64,000 bases of DNA from Mobula hypostoma (lineage: Eukaryota), in contig NC_086107.1 in assembly GCF_963921235.1 (NCBI RefSeq), positions 115,632,001 to 115,696,000 of the forward strand. The letters run 5' to 3'. The notes under the pieces are model-generated. The model did not search any database and had not been told where the DNA came from. It saw only the letters and a list, made by a program, of their open reading frames with translations. Positions 25,420 through 38,801 of this stretch are shown one piece after another. The first letter of the stretch is position 1; every line of letters begins with the position of its first letter. The position numbers were made by a program, and so were the translations under genes.

Positions 25420-26400
25420 TATTTATTCTTATTTTACAAAACAGCACAGCATATCATAGAGCAGCTAGAGTACAGCATACTTACAAAGCCGTCCCATGAC
25501 AGGAAAACGAATAAACTTAGAGACAGAAAGGAGTTCTAATTAAAGTTTAAATTAACATACAAAATTGATCCCACGCGTCTTGCACTTTTCCCTCACTGTT
25601 AATTCTTCCCAACATGTGTTCAATGATGAAATCTTAATCATTTCCTCAGTCCATTCCTTCACAGTGGGACATCTGGGTTTTTTCCAGTTTTGCAATATAA
25701 TTCTTGCAGCCGTGATGAGGCCTGCCTTTAAAATAGTGAACTTGTCCTTCTTTACACTAGGTATCATTGTCCTATCACCCAGGAGACAAAGCTGTGGGCA
25801 CATGGGCAGTGTGGAACCCGACCAACTCCCCAACAAATCAAGAACTTTACACCAAAATGGACCAACCATTGAACACTCCCAAATCGTGTGAAAATATGTG
25901 CCCACCTCATTTCTACATTTCCAGCATAAATTATTATCAACAAACCTCAATTTGTAGAGTCTAGCTGGTGTCCAATAATATCTGTGTACTGTCTTATACT
26001 GAATAAACTTCCCTCCCGCTTCCCTAATATGTCTACCCACATTTGATAAAATATTTGACCACTCATTATCTTCAATATTGCTCTTCCAAGATCCTTTTGC
26101 CATACTGCTTTGAGATTGTTACACGGTTTACCCACAGAGTGCTTGAATGTTTTATAAAACACTGATGCTTTATAAACTTCCTGTGGTAATGTAAAGTATT
26201 CAGTTAAAGGGTTGCTTTGTGGGTCACCATTCTTAAATATGCTACTAATGCAATGTCTTATTTGTAAATACTTTCAAAAAATTCCTTTTATCTACAAAGT
26301 TATATTTCCTCTGCAAATCCACATATGACATAAAAATCCCATTCTCATAGGGATCACCCACTGTATTTAAACTTTTAATCTCCATTATTTCCAGTACACC
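25420..26400 (-). mobile_element. L1/Tx1-group LINE 3' remnant (RT C-terminal zinc finger)
   Basis: ORF 25552..26103 contains QYKTVHRYYWTP...CWKC...HTIWEC...FW. Confidence 0.75.
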
Positions 26401-27209
26401 ATTCTTTTCCCGGGGGTCTTAACCCGAAACATACACTGTGCTCGTTTCCATAGACTCTACCTGGCCTGCTGAGTTCCTCCAGCATTTTGTGTGAGTTGCT
26501 CAGATTTCCGACATCTGCAGATTATCTGTTGTCTGAGGTTAAATTGCTGGTTGAGTCTGTGGTGAGGAAGGCAAATACAGCATTAGCATTCAGTTCAAGA
26601 GGACTAGAATACAAAAGCAAGGATGTAACTCTGAGGCTTTATAAGGCACTGGTCATACTGAGAGCTTTAAGATTATGAGCTGCACAGTTTGAGTAGAGAG
26701 CGATATCTTTCCCACCGGTGGAAATGCTAAGACTGGAGAAAACTGTATGCAGTCAAGGTGGAGGGGATAGGTTCAAAGGAGATGCTCAGGGCAAAGTTTT
26801 TACACAGAGTGGTGGCTGCCTGCAAGGTGGTCATGGAGCAGATTCGAGGGAGGTGTTTTAAGATGCCATTAGAGGTGAATGCGCAGGGATGTGGGCGTTG
26901 TGCTAGCAGTTCACTGATTTGAATGGTTTGGTGGGTCAGAGAGCCGGTTCAGGTGCTGATCTGCTCTGTGTTCTCTGCTCCAGAGGAGAGACCAAAGAGA
27001 TTTGATGAATATATTTGGAGCAAAAAAAGGGAACTAGGGAGAAAAAGGTGGATGTGGTTAATTAGGTGTGGAGCCGCTGGAGGTGGAGCAGGGTTAAATG
27101 AATATCTCTCATCTTTATTTACAGTGGAGAACATCAGTAAACGAGGCATTCAGGGAAGCGAGCAGTGAGTTCCTGAGCTTGGACAAAGTTGGACTAGTTT
27201 GTATGGAGC

Positions 27210-27650
27210 ATCAGTGGGTTACAGACCAGGATTTAATCCAGGGGTTTATTTACAGAATAACAGGTCCCTGGGAGTGGGTTACAGACCAGGATCTAATCCA
27301 GAGGTTTATTTACAGAATAACAGATCCCCGGGAGTGGGTTACAGACCAGGATCTAATCCAGGGGTTTATTTACAGAATAACAGGTCCCTGGGAGTGGGTT
27401 ACAGGCTGGGATCTAATCCAGGAGTTTGGGTGGGTTTATATATAGAATAACAGATCCCCGGGAGTGGGTTACAGGCTGGGATCTAATCCAGGGGTTCAGG
27501 GGGTTTATATACAGAATAACAGGTCCCCGGGAGTGGGTTACAGGCTGGGATCTAATCCAGGAGTTTCGGTGGGTTTATATACAGAATAACAGGTCCCTGG
27601 GAGTGGGTTACAGGCTGGAATCTAATCTTAATAGATACAATAACAGGTCC
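27210..27650. repeat. 60-70-bp minisatellite (..TACAGAATAACAGGTCCCTGGGAGTGGGTTACAG..TCTAATCCAGG..)
   Basis: Tandem repeats seen directly; degenerate copies also at 24620-24790. Confidence 0.9.
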
Positions 27651-28559
27651 CCAAATGTTGATTACCTGCTCGGAACCAATGAAAGCTTTAACAATGTCCT
27701 CATATCACTCTGGTGGGATTGTTTGACGTTTTCCTGAATAGCCAGTGGGAATTCACGGAGGGAATATATCGGGACATCACAGGGCAGCTGCCACAATGAT
27801 GGGATTGTAACACTCCGTGATGCCTAACTTCCCTCATATTGAATGGGACTGTTTATAATGGCCACTGTACTCCCATTATCAGCCCTCATCTCACACACCC
27901 CATCCTGTCTCCTGAGGCTTGGGTGGTGTGGAATTTGTTTGGTGTGAACAGGGAAGTGTTCTTAAGTAAGATGTAGGTGCCTTGCCAGAGAGGGAGCTCC
28001 TCCTGTGAAGTTGACTAATGAGTCGTGGGGAGCACATAGGCAATAGCGACCATAATTGTGTTGGTTTTCAAATAGTTATGGAACGAGATAGAACTGGTCC
28101 CCAAGTTAAAGCCCTCTCTTTGGGGCAAAGCAGAACTTGCAAGGGATGATTGGGAGAAGGTGTTGGCAGGAGAAGGGGTGGGACGGGGATACTTGGGCGT
28201 CAACACGTTCGTATTGAGTGAAGGACAGTGCTGGCCTGATTGGCGAACCCTGGCTGAGGGAGAGACGGTCACCAGGGTGTAGATGTCCCAGAGAGGCTGC
28301 GGAGCATTCTCGAGGGTGGGGGGAGCTCCCAGAGGTCGCAGTGCACACTTGCATCAGGGTCTCGGGTAGAAAGGAGGAAGAGGTGCTGTACAGGGAGTGG
28401 GGAACTGGGCTGAAAACTAGGATGGCAACAGGCTGGATATCCCGATGGCCATCCATTTCAATTCCACTCCCCATCCCCTCCCCACACCGACATGTCTGTT
28501 TGTGGCCTCTCAGGTTGGAGGAGTAACACTCCGTATCCCTCCAGGTAACCTCCTACATG

Positions 28560-31500
28560 AGGCAGCACAGATACAGGAGCAGAATTAGGCCATTTGGCCC
28601 ATCCAGTCTGCTCTACCGTTTCATCGTGGCTGATCCAATTTTCCTCTCAGAAAATCTGCCTTCCACTGCTCCCCCCCGCCCCACAACCATCCCTTCATGC
28701 CTTGGCCAATCAATAATCTATCAACCTCTCCCTCTACCTTAAATATTCATAAAGACTTGGTCGTCATTGCTCCCTGTGGCAATGATTCCACAGGTTCACT
28801 ACACTCTGGCTAAAGAAATTCCTCCTCATCTCCGATCTAAAAGGACGCCCCTCTATTCTGAGGCTGTGTCCTCTGATCTTAGACTCTTCCCACCATAGGA
28901 AACGTCCATGCCACATCCACTCTGTCAAAGCCTTTCATCATTTGATGGGTTTCAATGAGGTCACCCCTCATTCTTTTGAATTTCAGTGATTACAGGCTCA
29001 GAGTCATCAGATGTTCTTCATGACAAGCCATTCAACCCTGGAATCATTTTTCTGAACCTCCTTTGAACCCTCTCCAGTTTCAGCACCCTCTTTTTTAGAT
29101 AAGAGGGCCAAAACTGCTCACAATACTTCAAGGCCTCACCAGTGCCTTAGAAAGTTTCAACATTACATCCTTGCTTTTATATTCTAGTCCTCTTGAAATG
29201 AATGCTAACTTCACATTTGTCTTCCACACCACTGACTCAACCTGCAAATTAACCTTTAGGGAATCCTTCACAAGGACTCCCAAATCCCTTTGCAGCTCAG
29301 GTTTTTGGATTTTCTGTCCATTTAGAAATAGCCAATCATTTCTTCTACCAAAGTGCATGACTATTCACTTCCTGACACTGTATTCCATCTGCCACTTCTT
29401 TGCTCATTCTCCTAATCTGTCTAAGTCCTGTGGCCTCTCTCCTTCCTCAAAACTACCTGCCCCTCCACCTACCTTCGTATCACCTGCAAACTTTGCAACA
29501 AATCAATCAATTCCATCATCCCAATCATTCATATGTAACATTAAAGAATCGGTCCCAACACAGACCCCTGTGGAACACCACTAGTCACTGGCAGCCAGTC
29601 AGAAAAGGCTCCCTTTATTCCCACTCTTTGCCTCCTGCCAAGCAGTCACTGCTTTATCCTGCTAGAATCTTTCCTGTAATACCACGGGCCTGTAGCTTGT
29701 TCAGCAGCCTCATGTGTGGCACCTGGTCAAAGACTTTCTGAAAATCCAGGGGCACAGCATCAGTCCAGTTGAAAGGTCTGGGTCTGAAACATCATCTGTA
29801 TTTTTTCCGTAGATGCCTCCTGGCCTGCTGAGTTCCTCTAGCATTTTGTTTGTGTTGTTCGGATTTCCAGCGTCTGTAGATTTTTTCTGGTTTCTCCTTT
29901 GTGTATCCTGCTTGTTATTTCTTCAAAGTATTCAACAGAGTTGTCAGGCAAGATTTGGCTTTGTGCGTGGTAGGTCATGTTTGACCAATCTATTGGAGTT
30001 TTTCGAAGAGGTTACCAGGAAAGTGGATGAAGGGAAGGCAGTGGATATTGTCTACATGGACTTCAGTAAGACCTTTGACAAGGTCCCGCATGGGAGGTTA
30101 GTTAGGAAAATTCAGTCGCTAGGTATACATGGAGAGGTGGTAAATTGGATTAGACATTGGCTTGATGGAAGAAGCCAAAGAGTGGTGGTAGAGAATTGCT
30201 TCTCTGAGTGGAGGCCTGTGACTAGTGGTGTGCCACAGGGATCAGTGCTGGGTCCATTGTTATTTGTCATCTATATCAATGATCTGGATGATAATGTGGT
30301 AAATTGGATCAGCAAATTTGCTGATGATACAAAGATTGGAGGTGTAGTAGACAGTGAGGAAGGTTTTCAGAGCCTGCAGAGGGACTTGGACCAGCTGGAA
30401 AAATGGCAGATGGAGTTTAATACAGACAAGTGTGAGGTATTGCACTTTGGAAGGACAAACCAAGGTAGAACATACAGGGTTAATGGTAAGGCACTGAGGA
30501 GTGCAGTGGAACAGAGGGATCTGGGAACACAGATACAAAATTCCCTAAAAGTGGCGTCACAGGTAGATAGGGTTGTAAAGAGAGCTTTTGGTACATTGGC
30601 CTTTATTAATCAAAGTATTGAGTATAAGAGCTGGAATGTTATGGTGAGGTTGTATAAGGCATTGGTGAGGCCGAATCTGGAGTATTGTGTTCAGTTTTGG
30701 TCACCAAATTACAGGAAGGATATAAATAAGGTTGAAAGAGTGCAGAGAAGGTTTACAAGGATGTTGCCGGGACTTGAGAAACTCAGATACAGAGAAAGGT
30801 TGAATAGGTTAGGACTTTATTCCCTGGAGCGTAGAAGAATGAGGGGAGATTTGATAGAGGTATATAAAATTATGATGGGTATAGATAGAGTGAATGCAAG
30901 CAGGCTTTTTCCACTGAGGCAAGGGGAGAAAAAAACCAGAGGACATGGGTGAAGGGTGAGGGGGGAAAAGTTTAAAGGGAACATTAGGGGGGGCTTCTTC
31001 ACACAGAGTGGTGGGAGTATGGAATGAGCTGCCAGACGAGGTGGTAAATGCGGGTTCTTTTTTAACATTTAAGAATAAATTGGACAGATACATGGATGGG
31101 AGGTGTATGGAGGGATATGGTCCGTGTGCAGGTCAGTGGGACTAGGCAGAAAATGGTTCGGCACAGCCAAGAAGGGCCAAAAGGCCTGTTTCTGTGCTGT
31201 AGTTTCTATGGTTTATGGTTTCTATGGAAACCATGCTGACCAGCCTATTTTATCATGTGCCTCCAAGTACCCCAAAACCACATCCTTAACAAACAGCTTC
31301 CACATCTTTGAAACTACTGAGGTAATTTCCTTTCTTCTGCCTCTCTCCCTTCTTGAAGAGTGGAGTGACATTTGCAATTTTCCAGTCTTCTGGAACCATT
31401 CCAGAACCTAGTGATTCTGAAAGATTATTACTAATGCATCCACAATCTCTTCAGTCACCTCTTTCAGAACCTTGGGGTGTACACCATCTGGTCCAGGTGA

Positions 31501-31950
31501 CTTATCTACCTTCAGACCTTTCAGTTTCCCAAGAACCTTCTCTCTAGGTATGGTAACTTCACACACTTCATGCCCCTGACACCCAGAACTTCTACCATAC
31601 TGCTAGTGTCTTCCACAGTGAAGACTGATGCAAAATACTTATTAAGTTCACCTGCCGTTTCATTGTCCATTACTACCTGTCCAGCATTGTTTTTGCAGCG
31701 TCCGATAACCATTCTCACCTCTCTTATACACTTTTAACTTTTTTAGTTGCCTTCTGTTTGTATTTAAAGCTTTCAAATCCACTATTTCCCATTAATTTTT
31801 GTTCTATTATATGCCCTTTCTTTGGCCTCTCGTTAGCTACTGTTGTGTCATTTTACCTTTAGAAAATTTCTTCCTCTTTGGGATGTATATACCCTGCGCC
31901 TTCCAAATTGCTCCCAGAAATTCCAGCCATTGCTGCTCTGCCGTCAACCC
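28560..31950 (-). mobile_element. Old CR1 LINE interrupted by a short element (~29760-29890) and a + strand CR1
   Basis: RT similarity on the - strand on both sides of the insertion; the QHGF|KSCLT motif is split at 31227/29956. Confidence 0.8.
29957..31226 (+). mobile_element. Young 5'-truncated CR1 LINE with an open RT frame
   Basis: GFVRGRSCLTNLLEFFE...[10 protein letters not shown]...FADD...TRGHG, open to 30952; (GTTTCTATG)-type tail. Confidence 0.92.
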
Positions 31951-32069
31951 TGCCAGTGCCCTTCCTCCCTCCCTTTCTCCCACGGTCCACTCTCCTCTCC
32001 TATCAGATTCCTTCTTCTTCAGCCCTTTGCCTCTTCCACCAATCACCTCCCGTCTTCTTACTTCATCGA

Positions 32070-33870
32070 GGATGTAATGCTGAGGCATCGGTCAGACCAC
32101 GCGGAGTATTGTGAGCAGTTTTAGGCCCTTTATCTAACAAGGGATGTGCTGGTGTTGGAGAGGGTCTAGAGGACGTTTACGAGAATGGTCCCGGGAATGA
32201 GAGGGCTAACGTATGAGGAGCATTGGATGACCCTGGGCCATTGGAAAAATGAGGGCAGATCTCTTTGGAACCCATCAGATATTGAAAGGCTTATGTGGAG
32301 AGGGTGTTTCCGATATCGGGCGATATCCTCAGATCAGAGATGAGGAGGAATTTCTGTATGGAACGGATGGTGAATCTGTGGGACTCATTGCCGTCACTGG
32401 GTAAATTTAAAGCATTAATTGACATATTCTTGATTAGGGAAGAAGGCAGGAGAATGGGGTTGAGAGAGATATTTCAATTGGCAGAGCAGACTCGATGGGC
32501 CAAATGGCCTAATTCTGCTCCTATGTCTTGTGGTCTGATATATTCATTAATTTTGTGGTGGGTGTAGGGTGATTTTTCACTGAGATGGAACAATTCTGAC
32601 CAGTGGGTCCAGTGCAGTCTGCAATAGGAAGTACATGGTTTTGACCTTGGGAGGAATCCGCTTACGGATAATTCCCAGGACCAGAATTCAGATCAGGAAG
32701 TAGGTGCCATGATTAGCGAGTTTGTGCGTAATACCAAAATTGGATGAAAGACGACAGGGTGGGAGACGTTGTCTACGTGGACTTTATTGACCCTTTGACA
32801 CGGTCCCATGTGGTGGGTTGGTCTGGATGGTAAAGCCACATGGGATCCAGTTTCAGCTGGCTACCGGAATTGGCTCGGTGGGAGGAGAGGGAGGGAGATG
32901 GTGGAGGATCTTTGTTCTGATCGGAGGCTTGTGACAAGTGGTGTGTCACAGGGATCAGTGTCAGGTCCACCGTGGTCTGTCCTCTATGTTAACAATTCGG
33001 TTGATAATGTTGTTGACGTGGTTACTGGGTTTACAGACCACACTGACTGCTGGTGTGGTGGACAGTGAGGAAGGTTGTCTCTGGTTACAGATTAGCTGGG
33101 GAAATGGGATAAGGACGCAGTGGGAAATGAACACAGACAAGGGTGAAGTCAGGTTAGGGGGTTAGACCAGGGCAGGATGTTCACGGTGAATGGCAGGACC
33201 CTGGGGAGTGTACAGAACAGAAGAACCGAGGAGTATCGGCAGATGGTTCCCTGAAAGTCAGGTCACAAGTTGCCAGGTTGGTGAGGAAGGTGTCTGACCC
33301 ACTGGCTTTCATCACTCAGGGTGCTGGGTTAAGCAGTTGTGACGTTATGTTACAGGTGGACAAGACACTGGAGAGAGCACGAGAGCACACTGTGAGCTGG
33401 TCTGTTCAGCCAGCTGCTGGAAGGGTGGGATGGAGCTGGGGAGGTTGCAGAAAAGATTCACCAGGGCAAGAGGGACCGAGTTACAAGGAGAGACTGGGCA
33501 GGTGGAGACAGTTTTCCCCGGAGTGTTTGAGACAGAGGCTGTCTGGGAGACGGAAGCTGTCTGAGTTCGAGACAGAAGCTGTCTGGGTTGATAGAGGTTT
33601 ATAAACCATGAGGGGGCAGCCTGGGGCTGTTTTCCCCAGAGTGACGTGGCTGAGAGGTGTAGATAAGGTGGGTAGTCACAGTCAGGGTTGGGGAATCAAG
33701 AACCAGAGGGCACAAGTTTAAGGGGAGAGGGGAGAGGGCTATTTGGGACAGGAGGAGAAGCTCTTTTTTCCAGGGTGTGCTGCATATGTGGAGCGAGTGG
33801 CAGAGGAAGTGGTCGAGTCAGGTACATTAACAGCGTTTAAGTGACCCTGGGACTGGTGTATGGTTAGGAA
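32070..33870 (+). mobile_element. Degenerate CR1 fragments
   Basis: Eroded RT motifs (VTSGVSQGSVSGP, MRRNF..RMVNLWDSLP). Confidence 0.7.
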
Positions 33871-34079
33871 AGGTTTAGACTAGGAGTTCCCAACCGTAGA
33901 CCCCAGGTTGGGAGCCCTGGTGCAGAGGGATATGGGTGAAATGTAGACACCTGGGTCAGTACGGATGAGTTGGGCTGAATTACCCGTGGGTGCCATGGGG
34001 ATCGCCTTTGTTTCTGTGTCCCAGCCTGCGACCCCAGCTCCCATTGCAATTAAACTGCACCCTCTCATCTACTCCCCAG

Positions 34080-34177
34080 GAGGTAGAGGACATCACCGCC
34101 CAGAAATGCTCGACCAGTTTCCGGGTGCTGGTGGTCGCCAAGGCTTTCGAATCAAAGCCCCTCCTGCAGCGACACAG
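34080..34177 (+). CDS. BOLA2: BOLA2 coding exon 2: EVEDITAQKCSTSFRVLVVAKAFESKPLLQRH(R)
   Basis: ctccccAG acceptor; CAG|GTGAGA donor; matches the BolA2 pattern EVED...C..SFRVLVVS.KFEGKPLLQRHR. Confidence 0.95.
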
Positions 34178-34669
34178 GTGAGACAGGGGGGTGGGGTTGG
34201 GGAGGGGGGTTATTCACAGCCAGGGCCAGAGATGGTAAAACCTTCCCTCACCAATCCCCAGTTTCTCCTGAGCCCGTGTGTGCGAGGTACAGCAAGTGTG
34301 ATGGGGATTTGCAGAGGGTCCTGAGGAGAATCACCAGGATGCTGCCTGGATTAGAGGCTGTAAACTGCAATGAGAGGCTGGACAAACATTGGGTTGTTTT
34401 CTCTGGGGTGACAGAGGCTGAGGGCGAGATCTGAAAGATGTGTATAAGATTATGAGAGGCACAGATAGATTGGACAGACAGTATCTTTTCCCTCAGGGAT
34501 GAAATATCTAATACCACAGGGTGTGCAGTTAAGGTGGTGGGGGGAGGGGGTGGTAAGTTCAAAGGAGATTATTCAGGGCAAGAATTTTAGGCTGAAAACT
34601 GTTTGGCCATGGGTCTGTGTCTGTGTTTGTGGTAGGACTCTGTGACGATAAAAGTGTACATCCGATGTT

Positions 34670-34900
34670 GGGGCCTGTTTCTGTGTGGTAGGGCTCTGTG
34701 CCCGATATTAGGGCCTGTTTCTGTGTGGTAGGGCTCTGTGCCCGATATTAGGGCCTGTTTCTGTGTGGTAGGGCTCTGTGCCCGATATTAGGGCCTGTTT
34801 CTGTGTGGTAGGGCTCTGTGCCCGATATTAGGGCCTGTTTCTGTGTGGTAGGGCTGTGTGTCTGATGTTAGGGCCTGTTTCTGTGTTTGTGGTAGGGCTT
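34670..34900. repeat. 40-bp minisatellite (GGGCCTGTTTCTGTGTGGTAGGGCTCTGTGCCCGATATTA)n
   Basis: About 5 tandem copies; the unit resembles the CR1 3'UTR (cf. 31183-31200). Confidence 0.88.
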
Positions 34901-35989
34901 TATGACTGTAAAAGTGTGTGTCTGGATGTTAGGTGGGGTATCGTCCAGTTGTCCAGGATGTTGACCTGTGGACCTGGCAGGTTATTGGAGGTTTATTACA
35001 CCGGGTTCTAGATCCTGCCAGATATTTGGATTTACCAGGGGAGATCACTGTTGGTGAGAGAAAGCAGACATCTTTCTGGACAACTTCAGAGAAGTTCAGA
35101 ACCCATGTATTGGATGATGCAGGTTTTCAGTTGGGCACTGGGACGTCCAGGAGGAGCTGTGAAACGGGAGGTGTTCCTAAAGTGTGCTACTCTTGGTTTT
35201 TACCCAGCGAGGAAGGTGGGGTTGCTGGGCCTGGTTCTGGGAGATGAGCCCGGCCAAACGGAGCACATGTTGGTTGGGGGAGCATTGGGGTGACCAGCGA
35301 TCTCAATATAACCACTTTCACAGGACTGTTTCACTGAGAGCGCGTTCACTGAATGGAGCAAGCTGCCCTAGGCAGATGTACAGTTAGCATTTTAAAGGTC
35401 TGTGAACAGGAAAGGTTTATAGGGATAGGGGAAATGTGACTGGCTCAGATGGGGGTCTGGGTTAGTGCAGCCTGGTTCTATGCTGTGTGACGCTGAGGCC
35501 CACTCCCAGGGGACGGGGGGCGGTGGGATACCCCAAGGGGAGGGTCTGGGAAAGGATGTTACCTGGGGGAACTGCCTTGCAGGGGGAACATTTAAAGTGG
35601 TGGTGTGCGGGCTGTGTTCTCAGGAAGGAGAAAGGTGGGGGCGCTAACGATCGAGACAAGGGGAGGGGGCAAGAGAAGGAGAAACAGCAGGCCGGAATGG
35701 TGTGGAACCGTTAAGGGGATTGCGAAGCCTGGGCCGACAACAGGAAATTCGGAAGGAGAAGTGTAAAAAGGAAGCTGAGGTGTTGGTGGCAGACGGCCAA
35801 AGGGAGAGTGTGCAGGGAGGGGCCGTGGGTGAGCAGAGACAGGAGCCTCGGCAGAGGGGATCCCGGATAGACTGGGAAAGGCTGTTGGGTCAGAGAGATT
35901 CAGGGATTTATTCAGCTCAGAAACTGGCCATTTGGCCATCTGGATCCTGAAAAACAAGATGCTTTCCTGACCTGGTGGCATTAGCCTTT

Positions 35990-36620
35990 GTTTGGTCTCT
36001 ACCCCTCTAAACCTTTCTCATTCACGTACATAACAGAGTGACTTTTAAATGTCGTTAATGTACCTGCCCAAACCACTTCCTGTGGCAGCTCATTCCATAT
36101 ACAGACCACCCTCTGGGTGAAAAGATTGCCTTTGGCTCCCCCTGACCTTAAATCTCATGATTTAGACTCTCTACCACGGGGAAGAGACTCTGACCTTCCG
36201 CCTGGTCTATGCTCCTCATGGTTTTATAAACCTCTCCGCCTCCTTTGCCCCAGGGAAAACAGTCCCCACCTGCCCAATTCCCCCCTAACTCGAGCCCTCC
36301 CGTCCCAGTGAACCTTTTCTGATTAACCCTTTCCAGCTGAATCAGACCGGAACTAAACACAACACTCCAAGCAGGGCCTCAGCAACATCTTGTAGAACTG
36401 CAACGTAACGCCCCAACTCCTGTACTCCGAGCCCTGACGTGTTAGACACCTTCACCATCCTGCCTGTCTGAGACACTGCTTTCTGGGCACCGGGTACCTG
36501 CACTGCAAGGTCCCTCTGTTGGAAAACATCCCCAGGGCTTTGCTGCTCAGCCTTCCTGAAACAACGCATCGTACCTATCCCAGTTAAGCTCCATTTGCCA
36601 TTCCTTGGCCCACTTCGCCA
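35990..36620 (-). mobile_element. Degenerate CR1 3' fragment
   Basis: KWAKEWQMELN and LERVNQKRF on the - strand. Confidence 0.7.
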
Positions 36621-37879
36621 GCTTGAGATAATGAGACCACCCTCTCCACTGTGCACTGCGTAGTTTCAGTATCACCCTTGTGCATCTTTTCCATATCCCG
36701 AGTTTGATTGGATCAGTCTTCAGGGATGCGTCAGAGGCACAAGAGATCCTGCAGATGCTGGGAATCCAGCCACACACAGAATGCTGGGGGATTCCGCGTT
36801 ATGGAGGGAATGAACACTTGACGATTTAGGCTGAGACCCTTCATCATCAGCTTTCAGAACGTCAGCAGTTCATTCCGCTCGATTCCTCTGGTGTTCGGTC
36901 TGGGAGGCTCCGAAGTCGGTGGGGGTGTGGGAGAAGGCCTTGGTGGGTGGGTCCATGAGTCTCCTGGCATGTGGGGATTGGGGCCAGCTGCCCTGGTAGT
37001 GAGATGGTGTGAATATTGGAAACAGACTCGGGGTCAGACCGGGAAACCGGTGTACTGTGTGTGGTCAGGGGTCCCCATGACAGGGGAGTTCTACTGAGAC
37101 AGTGTTATGTAAAGGGGGTGACAGGGTCAAGTTCAAATGACTAGAACAAGGACAGTAACCGGCAAACTGATAACCAGAGTGAGAGTCTTACAGCACGGAA
37201 ACAAGCTGTCCAGTCCAGACTCCTGTCTGCCCGTGTTTGGCCCATATCCCTCTCAACGTTTCCCATCCACGTACCTGGCCCCAGTGTGTTTCCTCTGGCA
37301 GCTTTGTCCATAGGTGGACCACCCTCTGGTGGAAAAGTTTGTTACCTCTTTTAACCTTAGAGTTAAAAGTTTAAAGTTACCTCTTTAAACCATTGCCCTC
37401 TTGGCAGGATGGTGGGGTGCATTTCCACCGTCCCTCGACAGTGGCCACACAGGTTGACTTTATTAGTGGAGGCGCTGTGTTGAAGAGTTGGGAAGTTACG
37501 CTGCATCTTTATAAAATGAGACAGGCCCAGCTGGAGTAGAGTGTGCGGTTCTGCAAGAAGGAGGTGCAGGAGCCTCGGGACCCGCGCACCAGGTTCAGGA
37601 ACAGTTATTACCCCTCAGCCATCAGACACTTTCCCCATCACTGAACTGTTCCCACAACCTAGGAACTCACTTTCAAGGAGTCTTCACCTCGTGTTTGCTT
37701 TAATTAATGCTTGTTCATTCTTTATTATTAATTCCTTTCTGTATTTGCAAAGTTTGTTGTCCTTTGTGCAACGGTTGTCTGCCCTGTTGGTGCGTGTGGT
37801 CTTTCACTGATCCTGTTGTGGTTATTGGATTTGTCGAGTATCACCACAAGAAACATATTGTATATGTAACGGCAAGGGG

Positions 37880-38330
37880 GAGGGAGTGACTGAGATGGGG
37901 AGGGGAGGGTGTGACTGAGATGGGGAGGGGTGTGGGAGGGGAGGGAGTGACTGAGATGGGGAGGGGGAGGGTGTGACTGAGATGGGGAGGGGTGTAGGAG
38001 GGGAGGGAGTGACTGAGATGGGGAGGGGGAGGTGTGACTGAGATGGGGGGGAGGGTGTGACTGAGATGGGGAGGGGTGTGGGAGGGGAGGGAGTGACTGA
38101 GATGGGGAGGGGAGGGAGTGACTGAGATGGGGAGGAGAGGGTGTGACTGAGATGGGGAGGGGTGTAGGAGGGGAGGGAGTGACTGAGATGGGGAGGGGGA
38201 GGGGTGTGGGAGGGGAGGGAGTGACTGAGATGGGGAGGGGAGGGAGTGACTGAGATGGGGAGGGGAGGGTGTGACTGAGATGGGGAGGGGTGTAGGAGGG
38301 GAGGGAGTGACTGAGATGGGGAGGGGTGTC
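37880..38330. repeat. G-rich minisatellite (GTGACTGAGATGGGGAGGGG..)n
   Basis: Tandem repeats seen directly. Confidence 0.92.
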
Positions 38331-38637
38331 AGAGGGGAGGGAGTTTACCGGCGAGGGGTGTAGGGGGCAGGGAGAGGGTGGAAATGGGGGGGCATAGGGG
38401 AGGGGTGACAGATGGGACAGGTGTGGGGAAGGGAGGGGTGACAGAGACGGGGAGGGAGTGGGTGCTGGGAATGGCTGTAGGAGGGGGTGATGGGAGGGAG
38501 CGGGAGATGTGGCCGGGTGAAGTGGAGGGAGGCAGGGATGGTGTGGGGGGGTGAAGGGCTGTTTGCGGGGAGCGGGAGTTGGGTGACAGGGATGGGTTTG
38601 TGCACATCTGTCCTGACGGCCTGTGTTTCCTGTTCAG

Positions 38638-38755
38638 GATGGTGAACGGGTGTCTGAGTGAGGAACTGAAGTCCATCCACGCGCTGGAACTGAAGACCCT
38701 CACGCTCCAGCAGTGGGAGGCCACCCGGGGTCCTGAGGTCAATAGCACGAGCTGA
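38638..38755 (+). CDS. BOLA2: BOLA2 coding exon 3: MVNGCLSEELKSIHALELKTLTLQQWEATRGPEVNSTS*
   Basis: tttcctgttcAG acceptor; phase-2 join; matches BolA2 VN.CL.EEL..IHA.E.KTLT..QW; total protein 93 aa. Confidence 0.95.
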
Positions 38756-38795
38756 GACAGACCCTCCTCCCTCTTCCCCCCCCCCCCCAATCCTC

Positions 38796-38801
38796 AATAA
38801 A
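38796..38801 (+). terminator. BOLA2 polyadenylation signal AATAAA
   Basis: AATAAA 40 nt after the stop codon, followed by T/GT-rich sequence. Confidence 0.7.

Noticed and set aside
29813..30952. Domesticated RT gene with a hydrophobic leader
   Set aside because: The leader is a chance read-through of a short repeat and antisense CR1; the RT is an ordinary 5'-truncated copy.
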